Shown: positions 39,524-49,345 of the stretch, in pieces
Numbering within the stretch: the stretch's first letter is position 1
Layout of the letters: every line of letters starts with the position of its first letter
Assembly (NCBI GenBank): GCA_965371515.1
Contig: CBDUYR010000009.1
Location: 1 to 64,000 of the forward strand
Length of the DNA stretch: 64,000 nucleotides
Source: an uncultured bacterium
GTDB lineage: Bacteria; Krumholzibacteriota; Krumholzibacteriia; Krumholzibacteriales; Krumholzibacteriaceae
Reading direction: 5' to 3'
Notes under the pieces: generated by a model
What the model was told of the DNA's origin: nothing
Database searches by the model: none
What the model saw: the letters and a program-made list of their open reading frames with translations, nothing else
Translations under genes and position numbers: made by a program

Positions 39524-40631
39524 CGGAAAGCCCTGCCAGAAATCCGGCCACCGCTTTCAATACGTCACCCGTCATCACCGAACCCACCTCACCGTCATTC
39601 GACCTTACAGCGACTACCAGGTCAGATACCGGCTTCCATCTAAGCGGATCTGTGGGGCCGAATATTTCCACGCACCTCGCTCCGACCGCGCCGGCGATGT
39701 GGGCCACTCCAGTATCGTTACATACGGATACGGCAGCACCCTGCATCAACACACCGAGAAATCCGACAGTCGGGCAGGAGATTACCTGCGGCGGCGTCCC
39801 GCAGGCCTCGAGGAACCTTGTAAAGAAAACATCGTCGACGGGACCGCGCACCGCGACCGAACGTATATCGTACTGTTCGAGCAACGCGTCGGAGACCTCT
39901 GCGAATCTCTCGGGCGGCCAGATGTTCTGCACCTTACCCGCACCGGGGTGGATCACCGCATAACGGCCGTCCCCGAAAGCGGCTGCGGTGAACTCCCTGC
40001 ATCCCCTCTCCTCCCATTCGAAGGGAACAAGGACCGACGATAGATCAGTCTCCTCTATTCCGATGGCTCGGAGCGGGTAGAGATTATGCTCGCTTTCATG
40101 CATCAGTGCGAGCTCCTCATCGCCGGGAAGCGGGAGCTCGAGATGGTAGTATTTCGAGGTGAGGCCGGTGCCGAACTTCGAACTCGACGAACCTGCCCTC
40201 CATTTCGCGCCGCTGACAGCGCCGAGCAGCATGCTCGTGACAGAGAACGAGACGGTGTTGAGGACTATCAACACGTCGAACCGGCGCTTCCGCAATCCAC
40301 TGATAAATCTGATCGTCGCGAAGGGGTCTTTCCTGCCGCGCTCCTTCGACCAGGTGATCACCTCATCGACGCAGGGGTTGTTCTGCATCACTCCCGAGTT
40401 GATCGAAGCGGCGAGCAGTGTGATGCGCGCATTCGGGAACTTCTTTCTTATGCCCCTGAAGGCGGGAACGGCGAGCAGCATGTCGCCCATCTGGTTGTGC
40501 TGCCTTATAACGAGCAGGTTTTCGACCGTACCCGGTCCGGGAATCGGGACCTTCTTTCCCCTCGTGCCGAGAAGGGGCGCAAGCACCTCGGCAAGCACCA
40601 CCTTTCCTCTTCTCTCGAGCTTTTTTTTCAA
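39501..40631 (-). CDS. Glycosyltransferase family 9 (heptosyltransferase-like)
   Basis: MGDMLL, IHPGAG, NDTGVAHIAGA and IFGPT motifs. Confidence 0.9.
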   Translation of the reverse strand: MKKKLERRGKVVLAEVLAPLLGTRGKKVPIPGPGTVENLLVIRQHNQMGDMLLAVPAFRGIRKKFPNARITLLAASINSGVMQNNPCVDEVITWSKERGRKDPFATIRFISGLRKRRFDVLIVLNTVSFSVTSMLLGAVSGAKWRAGSSSSKFGTGLTSKYYHLELPLPGDEELALMHESEHNLYPLRAIGIEETDLSSVLVPFEWEERGCREFTAAAFGDGRYAVIHPGAGKVQNIWPPERFAEVSDALLEQYDIRSVAVRGPVDDVFFTRFLEACGTPPQVISCPTVGFLGVLMQGAAVSVCNDTGVAHIAGAVGARCVEIFGPTDPLRWKPVSDLVVAVRSNDGEVGSVMTGDVLKAVAGFLAGLSVTGAGSC

Positions 40632-40822
40632 CTCCTGCCGTCTCCCGCGGAAAAATCTTCTATCGATCTGAAAAAATACTGGAACATAACAAGTGGTGAT
40701 TCGTACGAGATGATAGAGAGCGGATCATTAGTCCCACCACCTTCAATCTCTCCTTACCTTTGGAGCGGCCCGCAACGGGCCGCTCTCCTCATATATGTCC
40801 GTGCCGGGACACCTGACACTCA

Positions 40823-41752
40823 CTACAGGCTCTCCAGCATACGCAGATAACTGTCGTAGCGGGCCTCCGAGATCGCCCCCTCGTCCACCGCCTCTTTCAC
40901 GGCGCATTTCGGCTCGTGGCTGTGGGTACACGTGTTGAACCTGCATCCACCGAGGTAAGGCTCGAAATCGCGGAAATATTCGCCCAGCGTTTCTTTCTCC
41001 ACTCCCCATATCCCGAACTCCCTGATGCCCGGCGAATCCCCCAGCCAGCCGCCCGAGGAGAGACTGTGCAGCTCGAAGTGCGTTGTCGTATGCCTCCCCT
41101 TGCCGGTGCTCGCGCTCACGTTCGAGATCCTCGCCTCGATCCCGGGCTCGATCCTCGAGAGCAGCGAGGTCTTGCCCGCTCCGGAAGGGCCGGTGAGCAT
41201 CGTGCTGCGGCCTTCCATCATCCCGGCGAGTTCGCCGATACCCTCTCCGGTAACGGCGCTCGTGCGGACTACCGCGTATTCCATATCCGGATAAGGGGCG
41301 AGAGTCGCCGCCAGCTCCGCTTCATCCTCGAGAAGATCGATCTTGTTGACGACTATGACCGGCTCGATGCCTGCTCGTTCGGCGCCAGTCAACATCCGGT
41401 CGATGAGTCTCGCGTTGAGGACGGGATCTCTCACCGAATGGACGAGGAAGACGAAATCGAGATTCGCCCCAAGTATCCTGTACCCCTTCCGCCCACCCGT
41501 TTCGGACCTGGCAAACAGCGACCTGCGCGGTTTCACGGCAGTTATCAGCCCCGAGGGACCACTCGAATCCCGCTGGGGCTCCCTTCGGTACACCACTATG
41601 TCTCCGACAACAGGAAGGACCTCGGCATCACTACGCCCGATCCGGAACTTCCCCCTCACACTGCATCTGATTTCCTCATCTGAATCGTAAACGTAATGAT
41701 TTGAACCTTTTATCCTTATCAATAATCCTTCCGAGATCTTTTTTTCGTTCAT
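40823..41752 (-). CDS. rsgA: Ribosome small subunit-dependent GTPase A
   Basis: NKIDL, GPSGAGKTS, GRHTTT, DSPG and CRFNTCTHSHEPKC motifs. Confidence 0.95.
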   Translation of the reverse strand: MNEKKISEGLLIRIKGSNHYVYDSDEEIRCSVRGKFRIGRSDAEVLPVVGDIVVYRREPQRDSSGPSGLITAVKPRRSLFARSETGGRKGYRILGANLDFVFLVHSVRDPVLNARLIDRMLTGAERAGIEPVIVVNKIDLLEDEAELAATLAPYPDMEYAVVRTSAVTGEGIGELAGMMEGRSTMLTGPSGAGKTSLLSRIEPGIEARISNVSASTGKGRHTTTHFELHSLSSGGWLGDSPGIREFGIWGVEKETLGEYFRDFEPYLGGCRFNTCTHSHEPKCAVKEAVDEGAISEARYDSYLRMLESL

Positions 41753-41885
41753 ATCGAAGCCACTGATTCCGATAAAGTAACTCTCTGCCAATAAACAATT
41801 TTGGCAATGATAGCAAAAATATGTTGTTTAAAAAAGTTCAAATTGCTATACACAGAATAAGTTGACTGTGAAAGCAAGAGAGGAT

Positions 41886-42353
41886 ATGGAATCTAAAAAG
41901 CTCGCTTCCCTGTTCCAGGAAGAACTCTGCATCTTCAGTCTGCGATCCCGGAAAAAGACTTCAGTCCTGCAGGAGATGGTCAGGCATCTCAAGGCGTCCG
42001 GGAATATCGCCGACGAGCATTTCATCCTCGAGATGCTCAAAAACCGCGAAAGCCTAGGATCAACGGGCCTCGGGCTCGGTGTAGCCTTCCCTCACGGAAG
42101 ATCCATAGCGATACCGGATCTCACCGTGCTGTTCGCGCGCTCTCCGTCGGGAATCGATTTCGAAGCCCTCGACGGCGAACCCACGAAGGTCTTCTTTCTC
42201 ATCCTCGCCCCTTCCGAGAAGGGTGCTGAGACCTATCTCGCCCTCCTCAGTAAACTGACGGCCCTCGTCCAGCAGCCCGAGACGCTCGAAAAGCTTTACA
42301 AGGTAAAGGATTTCGAGTCCCTTCAGGCAGTTCTCGGGGGTGACAACAAATGA
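41886..42353 (+). CDS. PTS EIIA domain protein (fructose/Ntr type)
   Basis: RE.LGSTGLG.GVAFPHGR with the phospho-acceptor His; IDFEALDG.P. Confidence 0.9.
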   Translation: MESKKLASLFQEELCIFSLRSRKKTSVLQEMVRHLKASGNIADEHFILEMLKNRESLGSTGLGLGVAFPHGRSIAIPDLTVLFARSPSGIDFEALDGEPTKVFFLILAPSEKGAETYLALLSKLTALVQQPETLEKLYKVKDFESLQAVLGGDNK

Positions 42354-42694
42354 GAGAGGAATTCAAGCTCCTCGTCGCCCTCCAGGATCTCGACATAATG
42401 ATCAAGGAAGTCGAGGAGAAAAAGACTTCCGATAAACTGAAGAACATGGGATTCCAGCTCGACGGGCTCGAGGAGCTCCAGAAGGCGAGGGCAAAGCTCG
42501 CCGGGAAGATCCCCAAGGCCCTCAGAAACCGTTACGAGAAGCTCGCCGGGCATTACAGCATGGCCATCATCCCCGTCACCGACAACAGGTGTCTCGGCTG
42601 TTTCAGCAAACTCCCCACCTCGTTCTTCTCGTCGGCCTACAGCAGCGAGCTGCTTACCTGCGAAAACTGCGGCCGACTCCTCTTCATACCGTAA
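42350..42694 (+). CDS. C4-type zinc ribbon protein (short DUF164-like)
   Basis: LVALQDLD at the N-terminus; CLGC...TCENCGRLL. Confidence 0.8.
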   Translation: MREEFKLLVALQDLDIMIKEVEEKKTSDKLKNMGFQLDGLEELQKARAKLAGKIPKALRNRYEKLAGHYSMAIIPVTDNRCLGCFSKLPTSFFSSAYSSELLTCENCGRLLFIP

Positions 42695-42783
42695 ATCAAT
42701 CCTTGTAATTCACACAGAATTGCAGTAAAGTATTTTTACCGGTTAAATTCTTTAACAGCAGCCATCTGAATCGGTCGGTAAAA

Positions 42784-45700
42784 ATGAAAAACGAGCCAGG
42801 ATTCACCTCACGCTATGCGATCAAGAAGGCACTCGGTGCCTATTCCCCATGGCAGGGGTTCGGTGTCACCGATTCCCTCAGTGGTAAGGACTACCTCCTC
42901 TTCTCGCTGGTCATCCCAGTCGAGACATCGATATCAACAGACGATCTGCTGATGAGGGATTACCTCTTCGCCGACGCGGCCGGCGACAACATCCGCGCCC
43001 TCTCGATCCAGGACAACGGCGGCGGCGTGTTTTTCCTTCTTCCCTGGCAGGAACTCGTACCAATCACGAAGATGCTTCCCTCCCTCAAACCCGAAGAAAG
43101 TCTGGAGCTGACTCGCTCCCTGACATCCACCTTTCTCGACTGTATATCGACGGGGCGGTTTTTTCACAACCTCTCGATCGAATCCGTCGTAATGCAGGGA
43201 ACCTCGGCCGGCATCCTCCCGACCGCCTATCTCGTCCCGGAGGCTGTGCTCGACAGGCTCGGTGCTTCGCGCGGGGACGGCAGCGGCGAGAACCTCTTCG
43301 ACGACCTGAACGCTTTCGGCGAACTGCTTGCCCTCTTGTGCAGGTATCTTCCCGCGGAACACTCCACCGCATGCGCGGAAACGGCCGAGAAGCTGCGGGC
43401 AATCGGGCCCAGGACCGGTGACAATCTCTTTCCCCTCATCGAGAAGCTCGGTGAACTGGCAGGGAAAAAATCCGGAACTCCCGTCGTACTGGCCGGAAGG
43501 AAACCGGTGCTGAAGAACCATTCAGCGGTGATGAACCTCGTGAGACAGGCAGCGTTCAGATCTCGCGAAGATAGAAAGCAGATGGTGATCGTCTCGGGCC
43601 GGGCGGGCGAGGGCAAGACATCCCTGCTCGAGGAGATGGCGAGAAAACTGAGCGGGGAATGGGGATTCGAGGGCGATGGTATAGCCGGGGACCAGAGCGT
43701 CTTCAGTGATTTCCGGGACCGTGAGGAAAGTCCCGAGGCCGAGTTCACGATCCATGACGACCATCACCAGGATCCGGTCCTGAGCGGCCTCATCGTCGAC
43801 CGTCTCTCCCACGACCTGGAGAAGAGCAGGCTCGCCGTCATCGGCCTGAGCGACGATTCGCCGGCCTGGTTCTCCGACGCTGTCCGTTCGGAGGGCCGCG
43901 AGAGAGGCTTCCATATTACCGATATCGAGATATCCGACCCGAGTTTCGCCCGGAAAAGTGGAGCGGTACTGAAACTTCTCCCGAAAGAACAGCGGACCGC
44001 CGTGAAGAAGACATTCAGCTGCAACGACAGCTTTGCCGTCGTGGAGCTCAAGACAAGGCTGGCCGCTGAAAACGCGACCGCGGACAGAACGGTCGGCAAC
44101 GTCATAGATTTTCTCGACGACGAGGAAAGGTCGGTCCTTTCATTCATCGCCGTTTTCAGGTTCGAGGTTCCTCTCTCCATCCTCAAGGAGATCTTCTCCA
44201 CCGAGGAGGGCCGCTTCTACAGGATCCTGCACCGCCTGGTCACGCTGGACATCATCCGTAAGAAGGCGGGCAGATCGTGTTTCGCCAACGACGGCTTCTG
44301 CACGCTCTTCAGCATCAGCGGCAAGAGTATCTCTTCGATGATAGAGGAATCGATCGATCCCGAACGGCGAGTGCAGCTTCACAGGAACATCGCCCAGATT
44401 CTCAAGGAGGCGCAGGGAGCGCCCGCCGCGTATATTTTCTACCACCTCGTACGGTCGGGCGACATGCAGGAAGCCGCGTTCAAGGGGCTGAGGGTCTTCA
44501 AGCTGCTCCTCACCCGGAAGCGCCTTAACGCGATAAATTCATTTAACGACGGATACATCACCCTCGGTCTCGACCGTCACCTCCCGATGGAGATGAGGCT
44601 GAACCTGCTCCTCGAACTGGGAAATTACTATGCGAACATCGGCAAGATCGAGAAGGCCGAGGAGTTCTTCAGGAATTGCCGTGAGGAAACGAGCACGAGC
44701 GACAGGTGGCAGAGCCACAGGGAACTAGCAGTCGAGGCGATCAGGAAAGAATGTGAGATCCTCGAGAAGCGCGGCGAGTTCATAGTCGCCGAGGAGCTGC
44801 TCAAAAAAGCTCTTGAGACACATGGCGAGCATATAATGGCCCAGGAGAGGGCGAAGCTCTACAACGATATCGCATGGGTATACTACCGCCTCGGCAAGTT
44901 CGACAAGTCGTGGGAAAACTGCCTCCTCGTCCACAAGCTGCTCGACAAGAAGCAGCACCCGATGGAACTGGCCCAGTCCTACAACCTCATGGGCGCGATC
45001 AACTGGAACAGGAGCAAGTACGACGAGGCCCTACTCTGCCACAAGAAATGTCACGCGCTGCGCGAGGACTGCAACGATGAACTCGGGGTCGCGGCCAGCT
45101 TCAACAACCTCGGCCTCGTCTACCGCTCGATGGGAAGGATCAAGGAGGCACTCGAGAGTTTCACGAAGAGCATGCGCATCAAGCAACGCAACAACAACCG
45201 CCCCGGTCTCGCGGCGGTCCATCTCAACATAGCCCTCGCCTGTCTCGACACAGAGGAGCTCGAGAAGGCCGAGTCGAACTGCATGACGGCTGTCAAACTG
45301 GCTGAGGATCTCGGCAATCAGCAGCTGCTCGCGGAGATCTACGGGACCCTCGGCGAGATCCACTTCAGGAAGGGCGATCATACCGAGACGCGGAACCATT
45401 ATTTCAGGGCGCTTCACATATGCCAGAAAACACGCTCGCTGCGTGAGAAGGCCGTCGTGCTGAGAAGGCTCGGAGAGCTCGGCCTCGTCGAGGGAAAGAT
45501 CGACGAGACGAAGGACCTCCTGGGAGAAGCAAGAGAGCTCAACAAGCAGATCGGATCGCGCCTCGAGACGGCGCTGCTCGACCTGCTAGATGGAAGAGTG
45601 CAGCTCGCCGAGGGTAAGCGAGAGCACGGGCGGCGCATCCTCGAGGAAACGAGTTTCGAGCTGTCGCTGCTCGGCAGGAAGGGAACGGCCGCCTCCATCG

Positions 45701-47418
45701 CGTCGGAGCTCGGTGAGCTATACCTCGAGGAGGGGAACGAACCTCTCGCACGCGAGTACCTTCTCAGGGCAATCTCCCTCTTCGGCGAATCGGAGAAACT
45801 CCCCACCAAGGTTTCCCATCTCCAGAAACATCTCGAGCAGAGAACTGCCCTCGACCTCGAAAAGATCCACTCCGATTCGGCGAGGTTCAGAGTCCTCTGC
45901 CGCCTCATCTCCCTGATACGGACTATCCACGATCCCGACAGGCTGCACAAAACGATTACAGAAATGGCGATGAAAGTGACGAGCATGGAGCGGGCAGCGC
46001 TCATCCTCCAGAGCGATGGCCAGGACACTTACAGGATCCTCGCGTCGATCGGCGACTTCGACTCGGAGTCGATACTGACCGACCACAACATCATAGCGAT
46101 ACTGAACATCGCCAGGCAGCTCGGATACCCGCTCGATATTTCGAGGACGAGGATCCCGTCCGGCAAGGTCGAGGAGAATTTCCTCTCTGATCATCCGGGG
46201 ATTATCTGTACGCCCCTCTGGATCCACGAGGAAGTGACGGGTTATCTCTACCTCGACGCAAGCCGTGAAGGGGCCGGGACGACCGACGAGGACCACACAT
46301 TCCTCGTCGCGTTCAGCCAGCAGATCGCCCTGGGCCTGGAAAGGATGCTCCTTTCCGACAGGCTCAGGCAGAAGGAAAAGCCGTCCGGAGAGAAGGTATC
46401 GGTGATCGCCAGTCCGGGCGACAGGGTCACATTCCAGGACATCATCGGGAAGTCGGCGGCGATAAGGAAGATCTACGACCTCATAGACGGCATCAAGGAC
46501 ATGGACACGACGGTCCTGCTCACCGGCGCGAACGGGGCGGGAAAGGACCTCATAGCGAAAACGATCCACTACACCGGCCCGAGGAAAGACAAGCCGTTCC
46601 ACACACTGAACTGCCCGGCGCTCCCCGACCAGCTGATCGAGAGCGAGCTGTTCGGTCACGAGAAGGGCTCCTTCACCGGCGCGTACAAGCAGAAAATCGG
46701 CCATTTCGAGTCGGCCAGCGACGGCACGATCTTCCTCAACGAGATCGGTGACCTTCCGCTGAAACTCCAGCCGAAACTCCTGCGGGTACTCGAAGACATG
46801 AGGTTCTTTCGCGTCGGCGGAACGAAGGAGATCAAAACGAGCGCGAGGATTATCTGCGCAACGAACAAAGATCTGATGAAACTGGTCAAGGAAGGCACGT
46901 TCCGTGAGGACCTCTATTACAGGATCAACATATTCCCGATCAGGGTACCGGGGCTGGCCGAGCGCAGGGAGGACATCAAACTACTCTGCAACCATTTCTT
47001 GACCATGTACTGCCGCCTGTACAATACTGCAACAAAGCGTATCTCGCCCGAGGCGATGGTCTACATGACCGAGTACGACTGGCCGGGCAACGTCAGGGAG
47101 CTGGAAAACACGATCAACCGGCTCATGATCATCTCGAAGAAGGACACGATCCTTCCCGAGGACCTGCCGGTCAATATCGTCAAGCACAGGGAAAGCGTCG
47201 AGACCAGGTCGCTCAGCACTCTCGAGGAGATGATCGAATCGATCCTCGAAACGGTCGAGTTCTCCGACAGCGACCCGATACTGCCCAGGGTAAAGCGGAC
47301 GCTGATAAGCAAGGTAGTGGAAAAAACAGGAGACAAGACGAGGGCCGCGCAGATACTCGGTATCTCGAAGCCCACTCTCTACAGCCACCTCAGGAGCCAT
47401 GAGCGGAAAAACCGCTAG
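42784..47418 (+). CDS. Multidomain sigma-54-dependent activator (degenerate kinase-like / P-loop / TPR / GAF / AAA+ / HTH)
   Basis: SGRAGEGKT P-loop; TPR array; GAF (ICTPL...GYLYLD); ESELFGHEKGSFTGA, FREDLYYRIN and WPGNVRELEN; Fis-type HTH (RAAQILGISKPTLY). Confidence 0.92.
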   Translation: MKNEPGFTSRYAIKKALGAYSPWQGFGVTDSLSGKDYLLFSLVIPVETSISTDDLLMRDYLFADAAGDNIRALSIQDNGGGVFFLLPWQELVPITKMLPSLKPEESLELTRSLTSTFLDCISTGRFFHNLSIESVVMQGTSAGILPTAYLVPEAVLDRLGASRGDGSGENLFDDLNAFGELLALLCRYLPAEHSTACAETAEKLRAIGPRTGDNLFPLIEKLGELAGKKSGTPVVLAGRKPVLKNHSAVMNLVRQAAFRSREDRKQMVIVSGRAGEGKTSLLEEMARKLSGEWGFEGDGIAGDQSVFSDFRDREESPEAEFTIHDDHHQDPVLSGLIVDRLSHDLEKSRLAVIGLSDDSPAWFSDAVRSEGRERGFHITDIEISDPSFARKSGAVLKLLPKEQRTAVKKTFSCNDSFAVVELKTRLAAENATADRTVGNVIDFLDDEERSVLSFIAVFRFEVPLSILKEIFSTEEGRFYRILHRLVTLDIIRKKAGRSCFANDGFCTLFSISGKSISSMIEESIDPERRVQLHRNIAQILKEAQGAPAAYIFYHLVRSGDMQEAAFKGLRVFKLLLTRKRLNAINSFNDGYITLGLDRHLPMEMRLNLLLELGNYYANIGKIEKAEEFFRNCREETSTSDRWQSHRELAVEAIRKECEILEKRGEFIVAEELLKKALETHGEHIMAQERAKLYNDIAWVYYRLGKFDKSWENCLLVHKLLDKKQHPMELAQSYNLMGAINWNRSKYDEALLCHKKCHALREDCNDELGVAASFNNLGLVYRSMGRIKEALESFTKSMRIKQRNNNRPGLAAVHLNIALACLDTEELEKAESNCMTAVKLAEDLGNQQLLAEIYGTLGEIHFRKGDHTETRNHYFRALHICQKTRSLREKAVVLRRLGELGLVEGKIDETKDLLGEARELNKQIGSRLETALLDLLDGRVQLAEGKREHGRRILEETSFELSLLGRKGTAASIASELGELYLEEGNEPLAREYLLRAISLFGESEKLPTKVSHLQKHLEQRTALDLEKIHSDSARFRVLCRLISLIRTIHDPDRLHKTITEMAMKVTSMERAALILQSDGQDTYRILASIGDFDSESILTDHNIIAILNIARQLGYPLDISRTRIPSGKVEENFLSDHPGIICTPLWIHEEVTGYLYLDASREGAGTTDEDHTFLVAFSQQIALGLERMLLSDRLRQKEKPSGEKVSVIASPGDRVTFQDIIGKSAAIRKIYDLIDGIKDMDTTVLLTGANGAGKDLIAKTIHYTGPRKDKPFHTLNCPALPDQLIESELFGHEKGSFTGAYKQKIGHFESASDGTIFLNEIGDLPLKLQPKLLRVLEDMRFFRVGGTKEIKTSARIICATNKDLMKLVKEGTFREDLYYRINIFPIRVPGLAERREDIKLLCNHFLTMYCRLYNTATKRISPEAMVYMTEYDWPGNVRELENTINRLMIISKKDTILPEDLPVNIVKHRESVETRSLSTLEEMIESILETVEFSDSDPILPRVKRTLISKVVEKTGDKTRAAQILGISKPTLYSHLRSHERKNR

Positions 47419-48433
47419 ACAGCTGTCCCCCTTCATCCGGATCATGATCGCGATCTTCCTCATTCTGCTCGCGGTCTGGATCGTGCTGAAGATCTATATA
47501 GCCCGCACTGAGCCTTCCGCGCCACCGGCCGACGGGACGAAGGTGAGTGTCTTCGTTACCGCCGGGCTCAAGGGGTACCGCGAACCCTGCGGCTGAAAGA
47601 AGGACACCTTTTCCGGGATGGCCAGGTGGGCTTCCCTGATTGACAAACGAAGGACGCAGCATCCCGCGATACTTCTCGACGTGGGAGATTTCTGCAATCC
47701 CGCTCAGGGAGGCACGGCCGCTTTCGACCTTGATTACTTCTTTGAGGGGATGCGGATGATCGGCTATGCCGCCGTAGGCGTCGGGGCCGGCGAGATCAAG
47801 TTCGGGCGCAAGCGTCTCCTCGAGAGAGTAGACCGGGCGGGATTCGAGCTGCTCTCAGCCAACATTTATGACAAACGAGGCGGGGAGATGCTCGGCGCGA
47901 AATACACGATAATAAAGGTCGGCGGGAGGATGACACTGAGCGGCACGAAGGGTGGTTTGAAGATAGGCGTCTTCTCCATCGCCCTTCCGCTCTTCATACA
48001 CGAGATAGATCCGAATATCCCGCTGTACTACGATGTCCTCGACCCGAGGATCGCCGCACTCGAGGCAGTATCGGTCCTGAAGGAAAAGGGTTGCGACCTG
48101 ATCGTGGCTCTGAGCTACCAGGGCTGGTCCAGGAGCCTCGCCCTTGCCGAAAGCATCGACGGGATCGACATAGTGATCAACGGGAGGCGCGAGCACAATC
48201 AGCCCACAGGGGAAAAGGTCGGGCAGACGACGGTCGTCGACACAGGGATCAGGAGGATATCGCTCACCGAGGTGTTCGTAGAGTGGGCAGGCGGCAGCCC
48301 CCGGGTAAAGGTCCGCGAGTCGGGGCCCGAAGCGAAGAGAATGAAGGGCAGGAACGATCTCGTCGAGCTCGAGAAGAAATACGAACGCGAGCTCAAGGCC
48401 CGCGGCATCAAGGATGCCCGGGAGGGCAGCTGA
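47399..48433 (+). CDS. Probable selenoprotein, UshA/5'-nucleotidase-like with CGU motif (Sec at TGA 47594-47596)
   Basis: ORFs 47399-47596 and 47618-48433 are in the same frame. The joined protein reads ...GYREPCG-U-KKDTFSGMARWA...LLDVGDF...LLSANI...DLIVALS...IDIVI, a continuous metallophosphatase-like domain. Confidence 0.8.
47599..47634 (+). promoter_or_regulatory. Candidate bacterial SECIS hairpin
   Basis: GAAG/CTTC and CACCT/AGGTG pairings enclose a G-rich apical region starting about 18 nt after the TGA; the upper stem is weak. Confidence 0.45.
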
Positions 48434-48511
48434 CAGCGTGCTCGGCAGGCATCGGCCCGATTTCACAAACGAGTTCCATACAATGAGATATACAGAAAGA
48501 GGTATCGCGTA

Positions 48512-49267
48512 ATGAGACTGGACAAGGTGACCGGTTTTCTCGAGGAGACCCTGAGTCTTGAGTCGTTTTCAGCGGATCCGTCCATGAACGGGTTACAGGT
48601 CGAGGCGTCGAGTGAAGTGAGGAAAGTCGCGCTGGCGGTGGATGCCTGCAGAGAATCGATCAGCCGTGCGGCCCGCCGCGACGCCGACCTGCTGATCGTC
48701 CATCACGGCCTCTTCTGGGGCGGCATGGTGCCGATTACGGGGATCATGGCCGCGCGTGTGAAGGCCCTTCTCGACAGGAACGTCTCACTCTACGCCGCCC
48801 ACCTCCCGCTCGACTGCCACCCGGAGATCGGAAACAACTCCCGGATAGCGAGCGTGCTCGGTATCGGGAAAACGGAGCACTTCGGCAAGTATGCCGGCGT
48901 CGACATCGGGCTCTGCGGCAAGCTGTCCAGGCCGCTGAAGATAGAGGGCCTGCGCCGGAAACTTTCGGGCATCCTCGATTCACCCGTCCAGACCTTTACA
49001 TTCGGGCCGGCTGTGGTAAGGAAGCTGGGCATCGTCTCGGGCGGCGGCGCTTCCCTCACCCAGGCAGCCGCAGAAGCGGGCTGCGACGCGCTCCTTACGG
49101 GCGAGACGTCACACTCGTCATATCACACGGCGAGGGAAAACGGGATCAGCCTGATATTCGCCGGTCATTACGCCTCGGAGACATTCGGCATCAAGGCGCT
49201 CGGCGAGCTCATGAAGGAGAAGCTGGGCCTGCAGACGTTCTTCATCGACCTGCCGACCGGGCTCTAG
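48512..49267 (+). CDS. Nif3-like dinuclear metal center protein (YbgI family)
   Basis: NGLQVE, LIVHHGLFW, HLPLDCH..GNN and AGHYASE motifs. Confidence 0.92.
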   Translation: MRLDKVTGFLEETLSLESFSADPSMNGLQVEASSEVRKVALAVDACRESISRAARRDADLLIVHHGLFWGGMVPITGIMAARVKALLDRNVSLYAAHLPLDCHPEIGNNSRIASVLGIGKTEHFGKYAGVDIGLCGKLSRPLKIEGLRRKLSGILDSPVQTFTFGPAVVRKLGIVSGGGASLTQAAAEAGCDALLTGETSHSSYHTARENGISLIFAGHYASETFGIKALGELMKEKLGLQTFFIDLPTGL

Positions 49268-49288
49268 CCACTTCGAAGGGATAACAAT

Positions 49289-49323
49289 AAAACAAAAGGG
49301 GAAGGGCCCGCGCCCTTCCCCTT
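49289..49323 (-). terminator. Terminator hairpin between convergent genes
   Basis: AAGGGGAAGGGC-CCGC-GCCCTTCCCCTT, with a T-rich tail on the minus strand. Confidence 0.75.
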
Positions 49324-49345
49324 CTCCATTCATATATCACCGCTC

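Noticed and set aside
41801..41816. TTGGCA...GC as a fourth sigma-54 promoter before the EIIA gene
   Set aside because: GG-to-GC spacing is 8 rather than 10.
48512..49267. Nif3/YbgI protein as the GTP cyclohydrolase feeding the que operon
   Set aside because: It lies 19 kb away, and the cyclohydrolase label for this family is not reliably established.
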